This document shows, one piece after another, positions 27,135-33,600 of a stretch of 33,600 bases of DNA. The notes beneath the pieces are model-generated. The model ran no database searches, was not told where the DNA came from, and saw only the letters and a list, made by a program, of their open reading frames with translations. The stretch is taken from positions 1 through 33,600 of IMG/VR virus record IMGVR_UViG_3300037634_003294, one strand, 5' to 3'. Position 1 is the first letter of the stretch; every line of letters starts with the position of its first letter. This DNA is from a virus (taxonomy: Duplodnaviria > Caudoviricetes). The translations under genes and the position numbers were made by a program.

Positions 27135-27418
27135 TGCCCATAGGCTAAAGAGCGCGTGCGCGCGTGGTGTGTGAGGTGTTGATGATAGTATATAGTTATC
27201 AGCACACGTATGCAAGCGTATATAGCAATGTACACCTATTTGACGTCAATCCCGGTCCAGGGGGTGGGGTATGCACACTTTTTCATATTGGCGGGCATTG
27301 TGTCTAAGCATGCTTTCCTTAGCCGTACGAAGCCGAAAACGCGAATCCAGTTCCTTTGACGCGCCGAGCAGAAGCAACTCTTGTATGTGTGTGCGCGCGT
27401 GCGCGTTTCTTTTAAGTG

Positions 27419-27446
27419 GGTACTGATAATATTTTTTATGGTAAAT
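27419..27446 (+). other. dif/cer-like Xer recombination site GGTACTGATAA-TATTTT-TTATGGTAAAT
   Basis: 11-6-11 architecture; left arm 8/11 and right arm 10/11 to E. coli dif (GGTGCGCATAA-TGTATA-TTATGTTAAAT); intergenic, about 360 bp upstream of the recombinase. Confidence 0.75.
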
Positions 27447-27597
27447 AGTATGTATTATTATGACATATAAAAGTTACACTGTACCACTAATCTGACCGGG
27501 AGTGAGGGGTAAGCAGTATTTACGGGTGAATCGCGAAAGTAATTTATTTGACTTTTTCTTTTTTTTTGTTCTACCTATGACAATGGAGTTCAATTTA

Positions 27598-27619
27598 TTT
27601 TTATTATATATAATAAAAA
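27598..27619. repeat. Perfect 22-bp AT palindrome TTTTTATTATATATAATAAAAA
   Basis: Direct reading, within the AT-rich non-coding region. Confidence 0.8.
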
Positions 27620-27779
27620 AAAGTCAAGTAAACGATGTAAACAATTCTTTCCCTTCCCTTTACCCCCCTTTGACAATGACAGTGTGTAAACTTTATATGT
27701 TATAATATATCCTCTATTTAGTCCTTATGGTGAAAAGCCCCATACAACGGCATATATTCACCTATACAACGGATTTACT

Positions 27780-28100
27780 CTATTTCAAAAGCGCCTTAAG
27801 GCCAATAGCAATGGCCACCACACCTCCAACAAGACTCAAAACCCACATGATCGCCCTTTTTCCGAATGTAATGTTGTCGAACCACCTCACCACCGGCTCC
27901 ACTTTCACACTCAATCTTTCTATCGCGTCCATGACTTCTCTGTGTTCTGTGTCTCGCCCCTTCTTTTCTGCATCTAGTTTCTGGTTTATAGCACCAAAAG
28001 ACTTCTCGTCGTCTTTATTGTGTTTGAGCATAGCCTTCTTAATATCAGCTATATCTCCTGCGTTCTTTTCAATAGTTGATGAGTTCATATTACCTACCAT
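27780..28100 (-). CDS. Coiled-coil protein with C-terminal TM (holin/XhlA-like)
   Basis: Charged helical N-terminal part followed by 'AIMWVLSLVGGVVAIAIGLKALLK'. Confidence 0.6.
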   Translation of the reverse strand: MVGNMNSSTIEKNAGDIADIKKAMLKHNKDDEKSFGAINQKLDAEKKGRDTEHREVMDAIERLSVKVEPVVRWFDNITFGKRAIMWVLSLVGGVVAIAIGLKALLK

Positions 28101-28131
28101 ACTACAGTATTACTGTTGTATAGCATGCGTA

Positions 28132-28269
28132 CTACGGTTCGCTTTCGTTTTTTTGGATAGCCTCTATTCTCTTTATCCACGGTGTAAAATCTGTCACATG
28201 AAAAGCTCTCGCCTCCACATAGAGACTATTCAACACATCGCCTATGGTTTCTTGTTGGGGGTCACTCAT
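28132..28269 (-). CDS. Small hypothetical protein (45 aa; not in ORF track)
   Basis: MSDPQQETIGDVLNSLYVEARAFHVTDFTPWIKRIEAIQKNESEP. Confidence 0.45.
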   Translation of the reverse strand: MSDPQQETIGDVLNSLYVEARAFHVTDFTPWIKRIEAIQKNESEP

Positions 28270-28435
28270 GGGTCAGTGGGTAAAATGTACGAATATTTAG
28301 GGAGCGAAGCGAGCCTGTAGACATGGAGGCAATACTCTGGCCAATACATGTTAGATAGAGTACATACCTGTTGCATAGCGCGTGGTGATTCAAGTGGCGC
28401 TGACAAGACCATCACCCAAATGACGGCAGATATGG

Positions 28436-28735
28436 CTATTTTTTTGGGCGGAAAATTTTCTCACGGAGGAATTCGTATCGTTTTTGAAGCCCCTCATACT
28501 CGCTAATAATGTCCTTCTCACGCTGCACAAACTCCTCAAATCGCCCTTCCCGCAGTTTCTTTGGGGTTTTATGCAGCCCATTTACGCGCAATTGTAGAGC
28601 CCCTTTCTCTTTGATAAGCTCCTCCATATCCTTCCCCAGCTTCACATATTCCTCCAATTCCTCCTCTGAGAGGTCTGGGCGGTCATTTAAAAGACGCATC
28701 ATGCCGACTGTTTCTGGTTCTTTAACTGCTTCCAT
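28436..28735 (-). CDS. Hypothetical coiled-coil protein
   Basis: 99 aa, E/K-rich; overlaps the DUF3310 stop. Confidence 0.6.
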   Translation of the reverse strand: MEAVKEPETVGMMRLLNDRPDLSEEELEEYVKLGKDMEELIKEKGALQLRVNGLHKTPKKLREGRFEEFVQREKDIISEYEGLQKRYEFLREKIFRPKK

Positions 28736-28946
28736 TGTCCTGTAGGTCAGCGAGGCGGGCTTTTTCGCACTCTAAATACCAGATAGCCTTGGATAAATCT
28801 TCTATTGTTTTCCCATTATGTCCCGCTCGCCAAATGTACTTAATAGCGTTCCCTAAGCAGAAATTGAAGTGCTTCGTGATAGTGATGCACTCAACCCCAG
28901 AAGGATGGCCCCTGTAGTGCTGTGGGTTGATTTTATCTGCGCTCAT
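28722..28946 (-). CDS. DUF3310 (SaV-like / T7 gp1.7-related) protein
   Basis: 'INPQHY...GVECI...NFCLGNAIKYIWRAGHNG..IEDLSKAIWYL'. Confidence 0.9.
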   Translation of the reverse strand: MSADKINPQHYRGHPSGVECITITKHFNFCLGNAIKYIWRAGHNGKTIEDLSKAIWYLECEKARLADLQDNGSS

Positions 28947-29713
28947 TTTACAAGAGGGTTAGTCCAGTCAAAAGTGGCCCAAGCGTCATAATTGCGACCA
29001 AGGGCATCATAGGAGAGAAGGGCGTACCCTTTTCTCCCCCATGAAGTACCCCAAGAATTGCGGATTATGAATACACGCTTGGTGTCGTCGTAACCCACAA
29101 TACAGATCGCATGACCTCCTACCACTTCACCCTCACTAGAATGGAGGACGGGAAACCCGCCGACGCTCTTTGCGTTACGCAAATTGAGCCAGCCAGACAG
29201 CCAGGATAGACCAAGTAAGCATGGACCATTCACAACAAGACTCTCTTTAATCTGCGCAAGTGAGTTCAAGCGAACATACCCCTGCGCCCGATGTTTGCGA
29301 GCATTGCCAACCGCACGACGGTACTTACGCAGAGTAAAAGGTTTCTCCTGCGAATCGGATGTTATACGGTCATTGTAAGGCATTAACCCCTCTCTACACA
29401 CTCCACGCTTCACCAGCAATTTCATGGCTTCTCGTGGGTACGCTCCGCCCAATCCCTTGATTCTGATTTGTCTGTAGATAAACTCTTCACTCAAATCCAT
29501 TGGCCCCTTATTCCAGGGTTGTTTGTTCTCCTGAAACTCTTTTGGTGCACATGTAGCGAAAGCAACACAAGCGCCTCTACGCTTCTGATTCTTTATTGGT
29601 CCCATTTTACCCATGTAGTTTATCTTTTTTGGTGTGACTACTTTGTACATAATGTCGCTGTAGCTGTAGTCTCTGTCGTCTCTCTTATCTAATTCGCATC
29701 CAAGTGTTGGCAT
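28943..29713 (-). CDS. Papain-family (C1A) cysteine peptidase
   Basis: 'NQKRRGACVAFA' (Gln, Cys), 'LSEEFIY', 'GGHAICIVGYDD' (His), 'IRNSWGTSWGRKGY' (Asn). Confidence 0.92.
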   Translation of the reverse strand: MPTLGCELDKRDDRDYSYSDIMYKVVTPKKINYMGKMGPIKNQKRRGACVAFATCAPKEFQENKQPWNKGPMDLSEEFIYRQIRIKGLGGAYPREAMKLLVKRGVCREGLMPYNDRITSDSQEKPFTLRKYRRAVGNARKHRAQGYVRLNSLAQIKESLVVNGPCLLGLSWLSGWLNLRNAKSVGGFPVLHSSEGEVVGGHAICIVGYDDTKRVFIIRNSWGTSWGRKGYALLSYDALGRNYDAWATFDWTNPLVK

Positions 29714-29743
29714 GATGTGTTGGTGGTGAATAGTGTACAAATG

Positions 29744-31114
29744 CTAACGTAGTAGATTCATTTTGTCTAGTACCGCGAGGAATTCGCCTTCACACATCCA
29801 CTTAAAGTCGTCATGGATGTACAGCATATTTTTCTTTGTGCCTACTACAGATGTCACGGGTATGCCCGCAATCTCTGTTTCTTCCTCTTCTTTAGCCAAC
29901 TCCGCTCTACATACATCCAGTCCGGAGAGCATGTGCATTTCTTTTTTGGCTGTCTCTTTTCCTAAATGTGCGAATTTCATTATCTGTTCAACTGATAGCT
30001 CACCATTGTTTTTGATAAGCTCAATCATAATTTTAGGTCTGGGGTTTGGTGCTGATGAGAGCACTACAGGTACGGCAGCTATAAGATCGTCTTGGTTGAT
30101 GTGAGTACGTCCACAGATGACTGCATGCCCTCTACAGAGGTTATACATGGTTTGAGCGATTCTGCGTGGTGCCTCGATTGTAGGCTGTACATGCGTGAAT
30201 GCTTTGCCTCCTGCGTCCTCGCTCCACTCCTTAAAGGTTATGATTTCACCACGGAATTGTCTACTAAACAAGGCAAGTTTACTTATCAACTTTAGCGCTT
30301 CCACATCATCTTTGCTCTGTTCCCACTCAACACCCTGGGGGTTCTTTTCCCATAGGTTACGCACAAATGTTTGGGTTGCGTCCCTACACAATGTTTCTTT
30401 AACCTTAAAGGAACTCCCCTGTAATTGTGCCAGAAGTTCATCCTCCCCCACCTGCGCAGTGTTTAGATTCAGAAAGAACATCCGGTGTCCAAATCCTCCT
30501 GCTACCTTCCACACCCGAAGTGGAAATGGGGTTGAGGCGCCTAAAAAATGAAATACATAATCACCCTTGTATCCACGTTTTCCGTGTACCCCCGTATCGA
30601 GTTCAAGACCTTCTCCGTCTAATACGCGTGTCAAAAGACCCAGCCGTTCTCGAAGCCTATCTTCGTTCTCTCCCATTATAGAGGACATTTCCCTAACAAT
30701 CATCATCTTCCCTTTTACGCGTGGTAAGAGGTCGATTTTCTCTAATTGCTTTTGGGTCTTACCCGCGATACAGGATACGAACGCCGCCGGTGTGAAGTTG
30801 TCCGTAGAGTACGTAAGCGTCTCCATTTCATTAAAGAAATTGAGGCATATCGTTTTTCCGGAAGACGGTGCATCTATGAGAATAAGCGCTGTACAGTTGC
30901 GTACATCGTGAATAAGTAGCTGCCCCAGCACGCTCATACAGATTTCTGCTGCCATCATCAGCTCTGGGAATTGCTCTTTTATGGATGCGCGCCACTCATT
31001 TATCCCCATTTCTGATTCAGCTTTCGTGAGCGTAGGGATGTCCCTGCTCCCGATTACGGGGTTATATGGTAGCCAGCTTACCATGCTCATAAATTTATCG
31101 CCTTGCTCATCCAT
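29744..31114 (-). CDS. MCM-like AAA+ ATPase, putative replicative helicase
   Basis: Walker A 'IDAPSSGKT', Walker B-like 'MMIVRE', 'FLGAST', 'HRMF', sensor-2-like 'APRRIAQ...GHAVICGR..I..DD', C-terminal wHTH-like segment. Confidence 0.7.
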   Translation of the reverse strand: MDEQGDKFMSMVSWLPYNPVIGSRDIPTLTKAESEMGINEWRASIKEQFPELMMAAEICMSVLGQLLIHDVRNCTALILIDAPSSGKTICLNFFNEMETLTYSTDNFTPAAFVSCIAGKTQKQLEKIDLLPRVKGKMMIVREMSSIMGENEDRLRERLGLLTRVLDGEGLELDTGVHGKRGYKGDYVFHFLGASTPFPLRVWKVAGGFGHRMFFLNLNTAQVGEDELLAQLQGSSFKVKETLCRDATQTFVRNLWEKNPQGVEWEQSKDDVEALKLISKLALFSRQFRGEIITFKEWSEDAGGKAFTHVQPTIEAPRRIAQTMYNLCRGHAVICGRTHINQDDLIAAVPVVLSSAPNPRPKIMIELIKNNGELSVEQIMKFAHLGKETAKKEMHMLSGLDVCRAELAKEEEETEIAGIPVTSVVGTKKNMLYIHDDFKWMCEGEFLAVLDKMNLLR

Positions 31115-31961
31115 TGTTTAGTGCGGGAATAGATTGGAAAATTTGGTATGCGACTTGGGGGACGATTGAGTTTCCGTAGGCTTTGATAGATTCTTTTCTC
31201 CATCGAGGAACGGTAATTCCGTGTAGTTCTCTGGGTAGCCCATCATCCACGCGGCAAAGCCGGGTAGCAGCTTCAAGCCAGTTTTCACTCCATCTTGCCC
31301 CTTCGTCGCTCCCATCTCCACAAGACTGTCTACCGTGTCTCTCCCCATCTTTGCTCCCCCCTTCCAGTCTCGTGCCGATGGCGTTGGTATCATCTGGCGA
31401 AGCCTCCCTGGGAGGTCGTAACATTCCCCTTTGTAAGCTCTCCCCTGTTGCCCCTTCCAATCTCTTGCCTGTGTAGTGGGCAATAAACCAGATTCTTTCC
31501 CGCTTATGTGGGGCTTGGACGCTGCAAGCTGGAATACAAAACGGTTGGACTTCGTATTCATTTTCTTCCAATTCAGAGCACACGCGCTCGAATACCATTC
31601 CCTGTTCAATAGAAGTGATACCACGCACATTTTCAGCGACAATCCATGTTGGTCGGACTTCGCAAATAATTCGTAGCATTTCCGGCCAGAGGAAGCGGTT
31701 GTCATCTGTGCCTCTTCTTTTACCTGCTGCGGAGAAAGGTTGGCAGGGGAACCCCCCTGTGAGGATGTCGATTTGTCCTCTCCATTCTGTGCCGTCGATG
31801 TTGCGGATGTCTTCATATCTAGTGGTGGTAGGGAAATGGTGCTCTAAAACTTGGTTGCAAAAAGGGTCAATTTCTGATTGGAATACGTTTTCCCATCCCA
31901 TCCAACTGGCTGCTAGATCGAATCCCCCTATGCCACTGAATAGAGACGCGTGATTAACCAT
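31107..31961 (-). CDS. C5 cytosine DNA methyltransferase, alpha subunit
   Basis: Motif I SLFSGIGG, IV GFPCQPFS, VI ENV, VIII HKRERIW, X GNSIVPQV; no clear motif IX in this frame. Confidence 0.93.
   Translation of the reverse strand: MVNHASLFSGIGGFDLAASWMGWENVFQSEIDPFCNQVLEHHFPTTTRYEDIRNIDGTEWRGQIDILTGGFPCQPFSAAGKRRGTDDNRFLWPEMLRIICEVRPTWIVAENVRGITSIEQGMVFERVCSELEENEYEVQPFCIPACSVQAPHKRERIWFIAHYTGKRLEGATGESLQRGMLRPPREASPDDTNAIGTRLEGGSKDGERHGRQSCGDGSDEGARWSENWLEAATRLCRVDDGLPRELHGITVPRWRKESIKAYGNSIVPQVAYQIFQSIPALNNG
31118..31816 (-). CDS. Nested out-of-frame methyltransferase beta subunit (M.EcoHK31I-beta-like)
   Basis: 232-codon alternative frame inside the alpha gene with two 'PT..ARDWKG' repeats and motif IX-like 'L.PGFAAWMMGYPENYT'; true start may be downstream. 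Confidence 0.75.
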   Translation of the reverse strand: MKTSATSTAQNGEDKSTSSQGGSPANLSPQQVKEEAQMTTASSGRKCYELFAKSDQHGLSLKMCVVSLLLNREWYSSACALNWKKMNTKSNRFVFQLAASKPHISGKESGLLPTTQARDWKGQQGRAYKGECYDLPGRLRQMIPTPSARDWKGGAKMGRDTVDSLVEMGATKGQDGVKTGLKLLPGFAAWMMGYPENYTELPFLDGEKNLSKPTETQSSPKSHTKFSNLFPH

Positions 31962-32094
31962 GTGGCTTTAAGAGGGGAAGTAGTTCTGGGAATTCTTTTG
32001 CTACAGTCTCACGCGAGACAGTTTCACGGATGTGGATTTCGACCACATTACCTTCGGAGTCACGCCGAACGTGCTCGATTTTAGCTTTCGTCAT
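31954..32094 (-). CDS. Small hypothetical protein (46 aa; not in ORF track)
   Basis: MTKAKIEHVRRDSEGNVVEIHIRETVSRETVAKEFPELLPLLKPHG; overlaps both neighbours by a few bases. Confidence 0.5.
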   Translation of the reverse strand: MTKAKIEHVRRDSEGNVVEIHIRETVSRETVAKEFPELLPLLKPHG

Positions 32095-32740
32095 CTGTAG
32101 AGGAGGAATCGCATTTAGGACATTTTCCATTTTCGTCGTGCCATAACATGGGGTGCATGAACCAGTCGGTTACATCGTTACCCCATTTAGCAAAGCACTT
32201 GTGCCAGTCCAGTATTCCAATATGGATGTCTGGTCGCTTGTCTTTAAACATTGCTATGACCTTTTCTTGGCCAGCCTTGCCCGCATCGTCCATATCGTAG
32301 GCTAGGATGATCTTCGCATCGTGCGGGAACCACTCACACCATTCTTCGTTCCAGGTCCCGCACCCGTGCGTAGAACATAGTGCTGTGATACCATGTGACA
32401 TCAATGCGCAGACGTCCGGTTCGCCCTCGGCCAATACAAATCCATCTGGTTGCTCCGTTAGGTAAGGAAGTGGATATAGAGTTGCCTCCGCTCCAGAGGG
32501 GTAAGTCATTCCCTTTGCTTGATCGTCTGGAGCTTCGGGAGGACGCTTTAACTTCAAAAAGACGCACTTTCCATCCTCGTCCAGAATAGGGAAGGTGAGC
32601 CAGTAGAAGCCATTAAGCTTGGCAAAGCCAATCTTTAATGTATCAATAATGTCGTCAGCGATGTGTCGCTGATTTAAGTACTCACGCAGCTCTGGGGTCA
32701 AAGCGTTGTGATGCGCGGTGATGATGGTCTCGTCGATCAT
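32081..32740 (-). CDS. TOPRIM-domain primase (catalytic part only)
   Basis: 'EYLNQRHI', 'LTFPILD', 'LAEGEPD', 'LAYDMDDAG', 'DVTDWF'; start re-assigned to ATG 32740; no N-terminal Zn-binding domain. Confidence 0.85.
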   Translation of the reverse strand: MIDETIITAHHNALTPELREYLNQRHIADDIIDTLKIGFAKLNGFYWLTFPILDEDGKCVFLKLKRPPEAPDDQAKGMTYPSGAEATLYPLPYLTEQPDGFVLAEGEPDVCALMSHGITALCSTHGCGTWNEEWCEWFPHDAKIILAYDMDDAGKAGQEKVIAMFKDKRPDIHIGILDWHKCFAKWGNDVTDWFMHPMLWHDENGKCPKCDSSSTDDES

Positions 32741-32741
32741 A

Positions 32742-33467
32742 CTATTTAAAAAGGTAATGGCGCATTGTATAAAGAAGGTTCTCGTCTGGGTTCTCCTTTT
32801 TGGAGAAGTTGTCGAGGACCCATTGCATATAACCACGGTCAGTGCCCGCGATGGGCTGACCTTTATGCTTACCGAAGCGCCAGGAACGGTAAAGGATTGG
32901 TTGAGCGCTGATCTTCTCCATGACTTCAATAGCTGCAAATGTGTCGCAATTCATAGCGTTCATCACTCTCTTGCATAGGTAATCAAACAAGTGGTCCAGT
33001 ACGATCACATCCCCCATAGCGTCATGTGCCTGGAGATTTTTTGGTTCCTTCTTATACAAGTCCAGTGCGTAACGAAGTATTTGTAGGCTGTGCCCCTCAT
33101 TGGCGTCTTGCTCCGGGAGCAGCTTGTACGCGACCTTGTACGTGCATACATGTCTTGGGATATACACACCTTCGTTATTCATCATCTTAATATCGAATGA
33201 CGCGTTATGCGCTATGGCTACAGTCTCATCGTCAAACAACTCTTCTAGCTCTGGAAGGATTGTGGAAAACTCCGGCTTTCCTTCAACGTCTTCGTTTGTC
33301 GTGTGGTGCACCGCCATCGCGCCAATCTCTATAGGGATAGGTGGCTTGAACATTCCATTAAACTCTTTTGGTTTTCCACCCTCATATACTTTGTATGCGA
33401 GCTGGATAACTCGTGATGAGCCTAGTTCTTTGCCAGTGGTTTCTGTATCGAATAGAACGTATCTCAT
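32742..33467 (-). CDS. DEDDh 3'-5' exonuclease (DnaQ/ExoX-like)
   Basis: 'FDTETTG', 'AHNASFD', 'AHDAMGD'; C-terminal 'FGKHKG...Y..W' as in ExoX-like proteins. Confidence 0.92.
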   Translation of the reverse strand: MRYVLFDTETTGKELGSSRVIQLAYKVYEGGKPKEFNGMFKPPIPIEIGAMAVHHTTNEDVEGKPEFSTILPELEELFDDETVAIAHNASFDIKMMNNEGVYIPRHVCTYKVAYKLLPEQDANEGHSLQILRYALDLYKKEPKNLQAHDAMGDVIVLDHLFDYLCKRVMNAMNCDTFAAIEVMEKISAQPILYRSWRFGKHKGQPIAGTDRGYMQWVLDNFSKKENPDENLLYTMRHYLFK

Positions 33468-33598
33468 AAGAACTGGCGGGAAAGTTGTTGTGCGGCCTCC
33501 TGGAAATCAACACCATTTATGTGCATTACAAGGTCCATTGTGCTACCCTGGCTAACCCCATTTTGCTCAATTCCGGAGAACCGTTTCCATTTATTGTT
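33464..33598 (-). CDS. C-terminus of a protein ending in a DnaG CHC2 Zn-finger-like domain (partial; not in ORF track)
   Basis: NNKWKRFSGIEQNGVSQGSTMDLVMHINGVDFQEAAQQLSRQFL matches the 'W..F...G..IDLV....G.SF.EA...L' pattern; ATGA overlap with the exonuclease. Confidence 0.6.
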   Translation of the reverse strand, partial: NNKWKRFSGIEQNGVSQGSTMDLVMHINGVDFQEAAQQLSRQFL

Positions 33599-33600
33599 TC

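Noticed and set aside
27062-27235. ORF-track N-terminal extension of the recombinase (354 aa)
   Set aside because: Low-complexity translation across operator and alternating tracts; ATG 27061 gives a typical Xer-sized protein.
14497-27237. Recurring TGTACA palindromes as a CRISPR array or MITE
   Set aside because: Copies are dispersed singly in promoters, not arrayed with spacers, and have no target-site duplications; the PD-(D/E)XK nuclease has no other cas genes nearby.
27727-28320. 197-aa + strand ORF and other long antisense ORFs (e.g. 5707-6372, 11040-11756, 26436-26957)
   Set aside because: Shadow frames of better-supported genes on the opposite strand, with no recognisable motifs.
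1-33600. tRNA/rRNA genes, IS elements, reverse transcriptase/DGR, stop-codon recoding
   Set aside because: No cloverleaf, transposase or RT motifs seen by eye; genes are intact and densely packed under the standard code. tRNAscan/Infernal were not run.

Overview
The whole window reads as part of a tailed-phage (Caudoviricetes, podovirus-like) genome in the standard genetic code, with no host housekeeping genes and no visible prophage boundary. 1-15.4 kb (+) is a virion/lysis arm: tail-tube-like proteins, a Gly-rich fibre-like protein, three ejection-like proteins, a 3x LamG protein, an M23 endolysin and a holin. 15.4-22.6 kb (mostly -) holds a RuvC-like resolvase, a complete groES-groEL pair, a peptidase-less LexA-like HTH, a PD-(D/E)XK nuclease, a 3D-domain protein and a J-domain protein with HPD changed to HLD. 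22.6-27.3 kb is a compositionally distinct block of small early-type genes, an orphan terminase small subunit and a Xer-like tyrosine recombinase. It is followed by an AT-rich control region containing a 28-bp dif/cer-like site. 27.8-33.6 kb (-) holds a holin-like protein, DUF3310, a papain-family peptidase, an MCM-like AAA+ ATPase, a two-subunit C5 methyltransferase with a nested out-of-frame beta gene, a split primase and a DEDDh exonuclease. The most notable signals are (i) the Xer-like recombinase beside a dif-like site, (ii) a dispersed palindromic operator (core GTAC-N4-GTAC, SOS-box geometry) inside sigma70 promoters of the lysis, chaperonin and nuclease genes and upstream of the recombinase, (iii) leaderless-type promoters and general lack of Shine-Dalgarno motifs, and (iv) 22-bp-phased repeats at the edge of the early block. 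All calls come from motif reading by eye; no database search was run.
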